NCBI GenBank assembly: GCA_001179505.1 | Contig: CDMY01000295.1 | Coordinates: 1-64,000 of the forward strand | Source: Vitrella brassicaformis CCMP3155 | Taxonomy: Eukaryota > Protista > Chromerida | Length of the DNA stretch: 64,000 nucleotides | Direction of reading: 5' to 3' | Shown: positions 13,052-25,648 of the stretch, one piece after another | Position numbering within the stretch: position 1 is the stretch's first letter | How the letters are laid out: the number at the start of each line of letters is the position of its first letter | The notes under the pieces: model-generated | Told to the model about the DNA's origin: nothing | Databases searched by the model: none | Seen by the model: the letters and a program-made list of their open reading frames with translations, nothing else | Made by a program: the position numbers and the translations under genes

Positions 13052-13307
13052 TCTGCCGGCGCACCAGAGAGCTTTCTGACGCCTCAGATCCAACACGAAT
13101 GGGACAGGAAGATCCTCGAGCTCGCAAACGACGGTTGGGAGTAAACGGCTGGGACGGAATCGCCATCAGGTGCTTGGCACAGCAGGGTGAATAGCCACTG
13201 AGATAGATCCGACGATGTTGTAATGAATTCGTCTGACCTTTGGTCCTGATTTCAGGCGCGGCGGCTGTACTTGTGGGATGCATCTCTGAGTCGGTTCACG
13301 TGTTACG

Positions 13308-14063
13308 ATGGGCTCGTCGCCTCGCGTCATGACACTGGAGGAGGCGGGAGATCAACTCATTCGAGCGAAGAGAGCCGCCAAGGGCAGCATCACCATCACC
13401 CTCCCAGCCTCTGGCGGCACCAACTGCCTGCTGTTCCTTCTATTGGTGGTGCTTGGCGGTGCCGCATGGGCTCACGTTGTCATTGGCGACATCAACCGTG
13501 TGCAACTGGTGGCTCAGGAGGCAACAATCAAGGCCCTGCAGCAGCACCTGCAGGACAACGACGCACTAATAGGCCAACACGAGGTGGCGATGGGTGAGAA
13601 GGAGGCGGCAAACGTGCTTCTCCAGGGTCAGCTGGCAACGGCCAGCGCGGATCTGAAGAATAAGACTGCCACAATCACGGCCTTCCACGAGCAGGTCGCG
13701 CGCCTCACGGAGGACCTTCACAACACCACAGAGGCCCTGCAGCAGAGAGACGAGGCCATCGTGGCTCTCGAGGACCGATTCCAGGCCACTGAGAGAGCCC
13801 TCGCCCGAGCGAATGGACTTCTGGACAAGTGGCCCCCTCTCGATCAGAGCTTTGTGACTCTAGGCGTGTGGCTCCTGCTCATCCTCAGCGCACTGGGATT
13901 CATTGCCAGCTGCCTCTTCATCGTTGCGCTGGTGGTCGATGGGGGCGGGGCAATCAACCTCGAATACATGATCATGGGTGGTGCCGCTGCGCTCGCCTTC
14001 TTCATTTGGGCAGTGCGCGCGACCTTCTCTTTCCTGGATGAGAACACTCGCTGTCCTGGATGA
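13308..14063 (+). CDS. Intronless 251-aa membrane protein: TM, coiled coil of about 110 aa, then two TMs
   Basis: Hydrophobic segments CLLFLLLVVLGGAAWA, LGVWLLLILSALGFIASCLFIVALVV and MIMGGAAALAFFIWAV flank a heptad-rich region (EATIKALQQHLQ...ALEDRFQATERALARAN). Confidence 0.75.
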   Translation: MGSSPRVMTLEEAGDQLIRAKRAAKGSITITLPASGGTNCLLFLLLVVLGGAAWAHVVIGDINRVQLVAQEATIKALQQHLQDNDALIGQHEVAMGEKEAANVLLQGQLATASADLKNKTATITAFHEQVARLTEDLHNTTEALQQRDEAIVALEDRFQATERALARANGLLDKWPPLDQSFVTLGVWLLLILSALGFIASCLFIVALVVDGGGAINLEYMIMGGAAALAFFIWAVRATFSFLDENTRCPG

Positions 14064-14075
14064 GAACACTCGCTG
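14032..14075 (+). repeat. Perfect 22-bp tandem duplication (TCCTGGATGAGAACACTCGCTG x2) spanning the stop codon of 13308..14063
   Basis: Units at 14032-14053 and 14054-14075, read directly. Confidence 0.96.
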
Positions 14076-15176
14076 AGCTGTGTGTATATCCATCCCCACC
14101 ATCGTTGGGCACTGAGGCGTCCATTTCCGCCCTTTTTCTACTTCGCCTACTGAGGCTGGACTGGGCTGTGGGCTGGGTAGCGTGTTGACGGCCAGGTGAG
14201 TGATGGCGTTTGTCTCTGACTTGACGGCCAAATTGGCTGTGTGGGCATCGGCTGGTCTGACTCGCCTAGTGTTTGACTGTTCTCACTCGCTTGGGGGCCG
14301 AGGGCGAAGGGGACATATACTGGTGTGCTGTCGGGAACGGCTGTGGGTTTGGGGCTCAGACAGACGTGATCCATCCATTCATCTGACACTCTGACAATCG
14401 GCTCTATTCATTCAATTGCGTGTGTCATATAGAGCACAGGCAGGAACATTGTCAATCTCCCCACGCACACAGCCAAACCATCACCACAGCAGTCACACAC
14501 GCGGGTGCAAGAGGGCCCTACGCTTGAGTCTACACCTCTCAAATCAATCAGCTACCTTGCGTCTCAAGTCGACATGGCCTCACTCTCGCACTTGTCACAT
14601 CGGCAAAGAAAGCCATTTTCCTGCATGCAGACCATCTGCATGCTCGTGTCCACGCACGTGAATGTCTGTGTGCATGAGACCATCTGTGTGGATCCAAGCG
14701 TGCGTTGATTGCATGCGTCGTCATGCGTCGTGCGGGATTCCCCGACTGACTCTTCTTTCGGGTTCCCTTCCCTCCCCTTCCTGCCCACCTATACCTCACA
14801 TCGACCGACATCACACCGCACACATAACATACATCACACGCGTGCGTGCACGGTCATCAATCCTCTCTACGAGCTTACACGTTGGGGGAGTCGGTTGACT
14901 GACATACCGAAAGGCACGTTCCGCATTAATGAAGCCATGCCATTTGTCAGTCAGGGACGCACGCACATACAAGTTAGTTCGTCAATCCATCAGGTCAACC
15001 TAGTTGACTCAAGCATGAATGAAAGGAAGCACGTGTCCCTCGCCTAAGCCGACCACCCATTGGCGCTGTCACTAATGTCCAGCTCACTGTGCACAGCACG
15101 AACCCCCGCATCCCACTTGCCATCACAATCTCAGCATCTTGTGATGCATAGGCATGCAGTCGTGGTTTGCCACTCA

Positions 15177-18094
15177 CTAGGCGGGGTCACTCGAAGACAC
15201 CGACAGACTTCCCCGAGACACAACCAGCTCCGAGAGGTCCTCAGCCGGGGGTGGTGCTCCGGCCGCTCCACTCTCGCTTCGATCAGTGGGGGGAGTTGGG
15301 AAATACGAGTCGAGTGGTGATGGTGTCGATAAACGGCGGCCGCGTGCATGCACAGGAGGCGGCTGCGTGCCGTCTCCGTCTCCCTGACTATCAGCAGCAC
15401 AAGTAGCATCAACGGCCGACAGCCGCAAGTCATCGAGCCCTCTGCTATGCAATTGCGGTACAGGCGAGCAGAACGGGCTCGTGAGGGGGGTGATGCAGGA
15501 ATCGCCGCCAGTGGACAATCGGATGTCCCGCCCCTCCGGCAACGGCTCCGGCCGCTGCCCCTCGGGAGGCGGTGGAAGCGATATCTCAAGAGAGAAGGCA
15601 AGCTCGCTTGGTCGTGGGCCCGATGTCGCTTTGTCACTGCCCGAATCGTCGCTGTCCTCCTTATTGCTGGAGCTCCCTCTTCTGCTGTCTCGCAGGGGGC
15701 TCACCACCGGTGACGACGAAGGATGACCCAGTGTGGCAGACCGGTAGAAGTGGGCGGTTTTCCGCCGCTGGGCTGGTGCTGGCGTCTCCAATGCCATCTT
15801 CGATAGCGGCTCGTTCCCCTTAGTCGAGTGCCACAGCATGTCAATCACAGCAGTCAGGAGGCGGACCTGATGACCACAGACAGACACGAGCGAAGCCAAT
15901 CTAGCAGCCTCCGGGCTTCCCGGCAAGGCGTACCAGGTATGAGAGGATGTCTCTGTCCACGGCCGACCTGCCCGTGTGGTGCTCGACAGCACCTCGGGGG
16001 TGGGCGACCTGCAGGCAGCCTTTAAGAGCTGCACTCGGATCATCCGTCAGCTTGATGGGCAGCACAGACATTCCCAAGGGCACATCAAGATCGACGCCTG
16101 GGTCAAATCTGCGCACGAGACATGAGACATGGTACGAGACATTGTTGACTACGATGCCTGTCAGTGCTTCATGCGGCGACCTGTCGTCGGCATTGGCCTG
16201 GGGCACACAGATTTGGCGACCGTCGTAGAGCACCGCCCCTGCGAGGCCTCTGAACTCATCAAAAATTACCCTCTCGCCGTCAGCAAATCTGCAACAATGC
16301 CACAGATACAGCTGATCCGCCGAAAGGGTCGACGCGTCCTGGCTCACCTGAAGAAGCGATCGATGTGGAAGCGGTCGACGCAGAAAAGACGGACAGCTGG
16401 GGTTTCAACGACGTGGGGCAATGACTTCTCGAGACAAGTGCAAAGTTCCTTGAAGGTCTTCGTGCTGGACAACTTCAAGGCAAGCTCTACCGCATCTTTC
16501 ATCCTGCAGGGCAAAGCGTGGAGAGAATGGTCTGTGGGCTCAACAGCACGTGCACACACGCACACACGCGTCCAGCCATCGTGCTTACTTTTGGTTCTGA
16601 ATCGTCGTTTTTTCGATAGCCTCCACCTTCTGCACCAAAACGCCGGCGGCCAACCCGAAACACCGCAGCAATTCCTCGTCTTCGCTCGTAAAGCCCTGCT
16701 CCCCCTCATGCGCCCCGCCCCACCCCCAGCCACCGACCGTCGCTCCCGACTTCTTCTGCGTTGCCATGATGACTCCCACCACTTTTCTGCTACGTGGGTC
16801 TGTGATCGGGGCCGAGCAGAAGGGCTCGCTGGGGGCGTCGAGGTAGGAACGGATAGTGTAGTCGCTAGTCAGTGTGGCGTTGCGGATACAGCGGCTGGTG
16901 GACAAGACACATCCGATGACGTCCGCATCGGTGACTTGGTGTCGCTGCTCCTCGACCTCTCTCTTCTCGTTCCGTGTGGTCTCCACATGCGTCCACAGGT
17001 CACCCCTCCTCTCATCCAGCAGGTATATCCGGCCGTGCAGGCACTGCACCACCTGCTGAATGCTGCGGCTCCCACGAACGAGTGCGTCGCTGAGCGTGGT
17101 GGCTTGCGACATCTCGTGGACAGCCACGAGCTCGTGTTTCAGCCTTTCTTCATGAGACAACAACAAGGGACCCAGTGTCTTTGCAGCAACAACCCGCTGA
17201 GTCTGTGCCTGCCATCCCACCTGTGAGCGAGGTGCGTCATCCTCCGCAGCCTCGCGCCTTGGGCCTGCAGCGACGTGACGACACGAGCCTGCTCCGCAGC
17301 AGGGAGGCCCAGCAGGTCTTTGACGAAAGTTGTCGGGTCCTTCCATTTCTCAAAAAGATCCACGTGGTCGACCATGTCTCGCCGAATCCCACGCTCGAAA
17401 TACGAACGGATGGAGACCGCAGAGCGAGCTGACGTTGGGGCGGCCGTGTGTGCCGTGCTGTCCTGCTCGGTCGGTGGTGAGTCGGCATGTCGACGGGGTG
17501 AGGAGTTGGCCAGGTCCAGGCCGATCTGGAGCTGTCTCTTCTCTTCCCTGAGGAGCCTGTTCTCAGCTAGGGCTTGTTTCAGCAGGTCGTCACGCTTTCT
17601 TATCCCCTCCTGCAGCAGTCTGTTCTTGTCCTCTGCCTTAGCGGCCCTCCTCTGCTCAGCTCTCAGGCTACCCTGGAGCCTGCGAATGGACAGTCATAGC
17701 ATAAGGGTCATATTTGCCGTGAGGAGGTGCATGCTCGTCTCGTGCGCCACCTGGAAGCAGTAGACAGCAGCTCGTTGAGTGCAGCATCCAGATCGCACCG
17801 GTCCGGCCTTCCCGACGTGCCCCTCGGTCCTCCTTTGTTTCCGAAAGAGCCACAAGAGCCCGAATCAATCACTGCCGCGGCCGAGGACGGGCGCCGCTTC
17901 CTCCCGCTCTTGGCCAGCTGACTCGGAGGGGGCGAGTCGAGCCCGTAGTCAGCAAGGCGGCGGTACAAAGGGCCTTTCTCCCATTGGATTCTGGCGACGA
18001 CCTGTCGGAGGTTCGAGAGGGCAGCATCCAGGTCAAGGGAGACATCTGACGGAGACGGCTGCAGATGAGCTCCGTCCTCGCAGGTTGCCTTCAT
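15177..18094 (-). CDS. Coiled-coil plus tandem-GAF (PDE-regulatory type) protein with a disordered Ser/Pro tail and no catalytic domain; multi-exon
   Basis: ATG at 18094. Coiled-coil exon (RLQGSLRAEQRR...RLLREEKRQL). GAF-A: GRIYLLDERRGDLW...IGCV...PFCSAPI...VVGVIMATQKK...FTSEDEELL. GAF-B: VRLFCVD...GLAGAVLYDGRQICVPQANADDR.FDPGVD...SVLPI...GCLQV. Stop at 15177. Confidence 0.8.
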
Positions 18095-18598
18095 TGTTGC
18101 ACTTTCCTTTCGAGGAAACTACAGCTTTCAGCGGCCTCAGCGAGCGAAGCTCGAGACGATCTGGGCGATCTCGCGCATGCTCGAATCAATAAAAAGCGCC
18201 TATTGAGTCATGCACAACTTGCAGCACAAGGGTTCGTTCAGTCAGGCACATGCACAACCATGCCGCTTCCTACGTTTGTCTACTGACAGGTGTACGTGTG
18301 TCGATGTATGCATGTATGTATGCAGAGCAGTTTCCTTTTCCTTGTGTACGACAGCAAGGATGATGCCCAGCCTACAGGGCCCACACAATGCAGCACAGAT
18401 AGAGCACACACAGGGAAAGCAAGCACGGCACGCCTCTTAATTTGCGGATGCCAAAGGATGACATCACGCTGCGCATGCATGTCTCTTTCCCCTCTCCCTC
18501 CCCCCTGCCCCCCTCCCACGCAAACAAGCACAGACATACAGCCCCCATTCAGCCCCTGTCCTTTCTCTCCCAGCTCCTCCCTGCCTCTCCCCCTCGAT

Positions 18599-19497
18599 TC
18601 ATTCCCGGATCAGCTTCTTGGCTTTGGGATTGGTTCTCAGGTACTTGGATGAGTTCTTGACGAGTTTGCTGACCTCAACACCGATGTCGTTGGTCGCCCC
18701 TTGCGCCACCCGCTGTGCCGTCTGGACGACCAGATCCGAATGGTTGGCAACGTTCGGGTCGATGCCCTTGTTGGTCACGTCGCACTGTACACCCACGAAG
18801 TAGAGTTTGCGGCCCAGCCGGAGGGGTGAGATGTGGAGGAGGTTTTCGAATATCTCGCCGGTTTTCCGCTTATTGACGAGTTTGACGATGAGATCCTCGT
18901 CGCACGAGTCGTTGCGGTAGACGCGCAGGACGTAGTCCTTGATCTTCTGCGTCGTGTTGCGGTCCGTCTCGTCACACTGCAACAGACTGAATTAAAGGAA
19001 CCGGCACCAGGAGGGGCGATGAGCAGAGCTAAGAAAGCACGAGACATGGAGCACTCAAGATAGGGCCTTGCTTCCTTGCCTTCTTCCTCCCATTCCCCCT
19101 ATGTGTTGCCACACTGCGGTCATGCAGCTGTTGTGAGGCCCCCCTGCTCACCGGCAGTTGCGTCCGATCAGCTCCCATGGCTCGAACTTGGTCAGGTCGC
19201 AGAAGCCCTTTGACACTGCAACGATTGGGCAGTCAGGCAGGTCCGGGTCGGCGATTGTGGTAGAGAACTCTAAGCTTGATATACCTGAGGAACAAGCGGG
19301 GCACAGATGTCAAGGACAACACCGAGAAATGGACACAGCTTCTCGAGCTCTGCAGCACCAAGCGCAGTCACTGACAGGCAGGCCATACCTTTGAGCATCT
19401 TGATATCAACCTCTTCTGACGCCGTTTCGAGCTTGGCATCCGAGTCTCGCAGGCACCCACAGAGGCATCGAAAGCAGCCAGACTCCTTCGTTGGCAT
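18599..19497 (-). CDS. Short LOV-domain flavin blue-light photoreceptor, 209 aa; exons 19497-19389, 19284-19152 and 18986-18599
   Basis: The exons total 630 nt and splice in frame. Product: MPTKESGCFRCLCGCL...FSTTIADPDLPDCPIVAVSKGFCDLTKFEPWELIGRNCRLLQCDETD...LVNKRKTGEIFENLLHISP...YFVGVQCDV. It keeps the NCR photoactive Cys and the N, N, Q flavin-contact positions. Confidence 0.93.
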
Positions 19498-19776
19498 GAT
19501 GATCGTGTCACGCAGTGGAAAGGGGTGGTGGTAAGACACGGCAAGATGCAATTGGCAAGACAAAGAACGAAACGGGGAGATGGAGGAAGGAGAAAGAGCA
19601 AGCACGGCGCTTCTTTGGGTCCTGGGGCCTAGAGAGAAGCTCGCAGTTCTCGGCCTTTGGTCACAATGACAACAGAAAGACGTTTTCGGCCTCGATGCAT
19701 CTTCGTTCCCTCTCACAGTCGCCTAGAGACTGGTTTTGACGATGACTGTCACATTTGCTGATCTTGCTGCGCCGTG

Positions 19777-22700
19777 ATGGTGATGCTGCCATCTGTCCTC
19801 TTTTTGGCCGTCTTATCGTCGGTGGCGGCGGCGTCGCCCCTGCAGCGGATCCTCCAGGCCGCCAATGAGACGGATCCATCCCCTGATCTCCCTCCAGGCT
19901 GGCGTGACCCAAAGAGGCTGAAGCTCCTCCAGCTCTCTCTCGTCTTCCGCCCGGCCGATGTGGTGACCGATGCAGTCGAGCAAGGCGACAACATCCTCCC
20001 CTACACCGAGATGGAAGAGCTCGTGAGCTGCGATTCGTGCCAAGAGGATGCGGCCGCATTGTTTGAGTGGTCTCACGAGGCCGGGTTGGCGCCCAACGAG
20101 ACAAGATCCATCTTCGAGGACAATCTTTGCGTCGTCCCCTTCATCACCTGCGTGCGGCTGAGCGAGGCGCTGGCGGACGGCGGCCCGCGAGAGGGCTACC
20201 TTATCGTTCTGACGGGGTTTCCCGGCGACAGAGAGATATCGGATGTGCCGGGGATCTTGCAGCAGCGACGGGGGAGGCCTCTCGTCTTTTCGGATGCTTT
20301 CTATCGGCTGCGGCACGTGATGTGCCTCTGGTCCTACCAGGTGCCCATGCAGGGGACGCTGTCCGATGAGCTTTCCAAAGTGACCTCTTTACGCGCCCTC
20401 TTCCTGTTGGGAGCGGTGAGCTGCATATCATACGCACATCCGCTCACTCATCCACCCACATGTTTGTGTCTGTGCTGTCTGTCATGCCAGGGCCCCTTGG
20501 CAGGGCCGCTTCCCAGCACCATCGGCGAGCTGCCTTATCTCAAGGGCCTGTACATTCAGCAGGAGATGGTTGCCATCAACGGCCCCATCCCACCCTCCAT
20601 CACCAGTCTACCGCGCCTCGAGGCCCTCACACTAACATCGACGAGCTTCTCAGGGTCCATCCCTGAAGACATCGGCAATCTCAGGAGGCTGCGCGCCCTG
20701 GAGATATGGGACAACAAGAAGATGAACGGAACCTTCCCCGCCAGTGTGACGTCTTGCCGCAACCTCACCCGACTGAAGCTCGATGGCACCGGCCTCTCGG
20801 GCCGTCTGCCCGGCGACCTGGGCACCCTCTCCCGCTTGGACGAGCTGACGCTGGCGAATAACGGGCTGAGTGGGGAGCTGCCCCGGTCGCTGGTGCAGCT
20901 GAGGCGGCTGCGGGTGCTGCTTCTGACCAACAATGGGTTCAATGGGTCGCTGCCGGACGGGCTGGGGACCAAGATGGACAGCCTGCGACAGCTGGATGTG
21001 TCGTTCAACGAGGTAGGCAGAGCACAACCAGCATGAGCGCGCAGATGCGTATTTGAGAATGCCTCTGTATGTCAACAACTGCCTGTTTCTCTCTCTGTCA
21101 CCAGTTTTCCGGTCCAGTGCCGGCTTCCTTGGGCAATGCGGCCAACCTGACGTTTCTGAGTCTGGAGAGGCAGGAGCCGGGCTTCAGCGGCCCGATGCCA
21201 CCGGAGCTGGGGCAGCTCAGCAAGCTGCAGCAACTCTCAATCGCTTACAACAAGGTACACACACACACACACACACACACGTATGACGCACTCTCCCTGT
21301 CCACAATTGTTGTTTGTGTGTGCAGCTTTCCGGTACGCTGCCGGACACGTTGAGTGGCTGGAGATCGGTCGAGTATCTCGACTTGCGCAACAACAACTTC
21401 TCCGGCACTCTGGAGCCGCTGAGCAACCTCACGTCGCTCGAGGCGCTGAGGGTGTCCAACAACTCGGTGAGCAAGAAAGGCACACAAAGGGGAAGGGCAT
21501 TTGGCAAATGCTTGTGTCTGTGCTGTTGGTGGCTGCGTGTCAGTTTGGTGGCCATCTGCCCTTCGGCTTTGAGAGCTTTGAGAACCTCACCAGATTCGAT
21601 GGATCCAACAACAGGTGCGTGCGGAGCGCACAACACGCGCCGACATACTGTGGATGGATGGATGGATGGATGGATGGATGGGGTGTCAGGCTGGTGGGTT
21701 TGGTGGGCCGTGATCACAGTGGTCCGGCCTACGAGAGCATCCGTCGGCTGGACGTCCACTCCAACCTTTTCGAGTTATCGCCCGACCTGTCCGTCTTCCC
21801 CAACCTCGAGTACGCCGATCTCCACAGCAACCTTATAACGGGATTCTCGGGCAATGGATCCATCCCACGATCGTAAGCCACCAGGCCAATGAACAGACAG
21901 ACAGACATGAGGGATGGATGGATGGATGGTGTTTGTGTGTCTTGATAAACAGGTTGCGTTACCTGGACTTGCGCGACAACCGGCTGACGGCGCTGCCGGA
22001 GGGCTTTCGGTCGATGCCCAGCCTGGAGACGCTCTACGTCGCCAACAATCGCATCAACCGGACAGGCTGGCCCATTTGGGGCCGCACCCCCGATGGATTC
22101 TGCCAATTGGGGCAACTCAGTGAGCTCCTGACACACACACATACACACGCGCGCACGCGCACACATACACACACAGACACACACAGAGAGAGAGAGAGAG
22201 GCAGAGGCGGGCAGGTCGTGATGCATGGTCATGTGTGTGATTCTAACAGACTCGAACGTGATGCGGCAGCTGCTGGATCCGCGTGTCGCCCCGCCCGACT
22301 GGGGCAGCTTGACCGACCTGGACGTCTCGAACAACCCCATCAATGTCGACGTCACCGACTTCCTAATGCCGCTCAAGTGGCAGAGAAAGTATGTTGCTTG
22401 CACGCAATCTTCCCTGGCATGTGGCCGTTCCCTCCAAATGAAATCGACCTTCTGCCTCTATGTGTTCTTGTCAGCTTGATGGTGCTCACTGCGGCGAATT
22501 GCAGCCTCTACGGCGCGATGCGTTGCGAGGCCTTCGTCGCGTTGAACCCCCAGGAAGTGCAGCGCTTCGATATCGGCACGCTTGACCAGGAGACATCGGT
22601 AACACCCCCGCCCCCCTCCTCCCACTCCTGCCCAACACACGCAGATGTCACGGCAAGGCGCTCTCCTGTCTGTGTGGGTTTGTTCCTTCATGCAGTTGTC

Positions 22701-25617
22701 GAACAAGATGCTGCAAACACACTGGGCTTTCCCCACCTTGACGTCAGTGCACATGAGGGACAACAGCATCACGGCCATCGACACGGGGGGCGTGAGGCTG
22801 GAAAAGCTCTACCACGCCGATTTCCACAATAACTCCCTCGTGACGATTGCTAGCGGCCACGGCAGTTGGGAAGTGTTCCATGTCGAGTACGCCCGCTTCA
22901 CCGAGAACCCCGACCTGAGGTTTGACGCGGTCACCGACATGGATATCGAGGTCAGTTAGTGAGTGATCCACACGCCATTTCCCTTCCTCTCCCCGCACTG
23001 CATTCATACCGTCCCTCTGTGTGCTCTACCTCTGCCTGCGTGTGGTACCTCTAACTAACAGAAATGTCAGGATTTGCGAAAGAACTTCAGCCGGATGAGC
23101 ACTGCGAAGCCCCTGGTGCCCGATCCACAAGGTATGTACGCCCTGCCCTCCTGAGTGCACTTCACTCACTGCGTTGGCATAGACGAGACACGGTCTGTGT
23201 GACGGGACGGGTGTGTGCAGGCTACCTGGTGCGTGACATCGAAGGCGAGGAGGACGAGTACGAATGCACCGAGTTCTGCTCCATTTTCCACCAGATTGAG
23301 GTCAGTCCGCCAGCCCCCGACACAGATCCTTCAATTGGTGTGGCTTGTTGTGTCTGTCTGACGCACGCGGACAACACAGGTCGACGACACCTTCAACTCT
23401 GAGAAGCTCTGTCGGTGTGTGGGCGGCTACGAGGGCGTCGGCACCAACTGCACCAAGTGCCGAGCCAACACCTTCTCCAACAGACAAATCGGCACCAAGA
23501 CATGCCAGGACTGTCCCACGGGCAGAGGTAGGTAAAAGCAGCCGGGACTCACATACATACCCACGAGCAAGCCAAGCTCACGTACCTGTCCTGTTTGTCG
23601 GCCTGCCTGCGTCCAGTGACGTCGAAGGAGGGAGCCGTGATCTGCGAGTGCGACAAGGGGTACAAGGCAGTGGGCGAAAGCGAATGCGCGCTGTGCGAGA
23701 AGGGTAAGAAGGTACACGCAGACATACAGAGCACTATGCGCCTGTGTGATTGCAGGTTCCTACAAGGAAGACACTGGTTCGACGCCGTGCACCCCCTGCC
23801 GCAACGAGAAGTTCTCCTCCCTGCCCGGTTCGCAATCGGAGAAAGACTGCTTCTGCAACGCAGGATACATCAAGTACGTCTGTCACGTCACAGCCCCCTC
23901 CCCTGCCCTCCCCCATCTAGCCAGGCAAGGCACACCTCTCCCTCTCTCCCTGTGTGTGCAGGAACCCCAATGACACTCAATGCATGGAGTGTCAAAGGGG
24001 TCTCAACTGCTCGGAACCCATCCTGTTCCACCCCCGGGTGGAAGAAGGCTTCTACCAGCTCGAGGTCAACCTCACCATCCTCCCTAAACACGCCCATTCA
24101 GATGGGCCTGAGGAGCTGCACACTGACGGTCAGAAGGGGGGTCGCAGGCGGCTGCTGGAGTGGACGTGGAACTCCAGCCATTACATTCCGATACCGAAGC
24201 TCACGGACCTGGGGCTTCCCCTTCTAGTCGACAACAACACACACAAACGGAGAATGACCTCGTAAGCAATCTGACAAGTGGTGTGAAGGAGCAGCCATCC
24301 ACACACAGTGTGTGCTGTTTTTGTGTTGGCGCGTTTGTGTGTGCAGGTACGACGCGAAAGTGACGGCGCTGCCTGTGGTCGTGGAGTGCCCTGCCCGCGA
24401 CGCATGCCTCGGAACCGAAAGAGAGACAGGCCTCAACAAGTGCAAGGTGCGTGTGAGATCTGCCTGTCTTTGTGTGGGTGTGTGCTGATCGAATTGGCCC
24501 ACCCCTCCCTCTGTCCGCATTATGTCTGGTCTGTGTGTTGCTTGCAGACGGGCGAGGGCGGGTTCCTGTGCGGCTTCTGCCTGCAGGGCTACACGCGCAC
24601 GAACCCCTTCACCGTGTGTGCCAAGTGCAACACGTATGCGCAGGACATGGCGACGGGAATCGTGTCGCTCTTCGTGGCGCTCATCTTCATCTTCTTCCTG
24701 ACATTCCTCTCGCAACGAGCCGCCGCGCTGCCGAGAGCCAACATCCACTCGATGCTCATCAAGATGGGACTCAACCACTTCACCGCGGTCAGTCAGAGAG
24801 AAAGAGAGAGAGAGAGAGAGGGGAGAGGGAGAGAGACCTCCCGTCTCACACACAACATCAACGCACACACGTACGTCATCCCGCCACATACGCATCCCTG
24901 TCTGTGCCTCCCTCCCTGTCTATGCCTCCCCCCTCCCTCTTTGTCCATTTCTTTCTTCAGCTGAGTGGTCTGGCCTACTTCAGTGCCTACAAGACCCGGT
25001 GGCCCTCCTGGGCAAAGGACACGCTGGATAGCGTGTTCTCGTGGGACGGGGGCATGCCGGTTTCCTACGGCAGCTCGGAGTGCATCATGCGGGACCGCCT
25101 GGGCGACGACGCCGTCCTCTGGAAACACGGCCTCTGGATCATCCTGCCCGCCATGTGGCTCCTCGCCGTCACTCTGCTTGGTGGGGAGTGGCATGTGGGT
25201 GGTGCTGGGGGCGGCGCGCATGGTTGTGTGTGGTGTGGTGTGGTGTGTGTTAGGTGGCATTGCGGTGTTGGTGCGGTATTACCTGTTGGGCCACGAGAGT
25301 CGGTACAGCCTTGGGGATTTGATCATGTTCCTGCTGCGGCCGTGGATGTGGACGAGGGCCTTCGACTCCGACTACCCCACACACCACACAAGACCCACAA
25401 CGCCCCACACACGCAGGTGTGTATCTATCGTAGCCAAACCACCATACACTCGTGACGCCCAAAGACAAACCATATCTCATTAACCATGTCATCTCCTTTC
25501 CTTTGCTCCTTTGTCTGTAACACGGTTGTTCCTTCTTTGACCCATTCAGCACGACGCCCACCCGATCCAAGACCCCATCTAAGCGCCCCTCCATCCACAG
25601 GAGCAAGCTCGAACAAG

Positions 25618-25648
<31 letters not shown>

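Noticed and set aside
18990-19020. Sequence TGCCGGTTCCTT (would encode CRFL) in LOV intron 2, suggesting an alternative canonical LOV exon
   Set aside because: It is followed immediately by an in-frame TAA and has no suitable acceptor. It is most likely a chance polypyrimidine tract.
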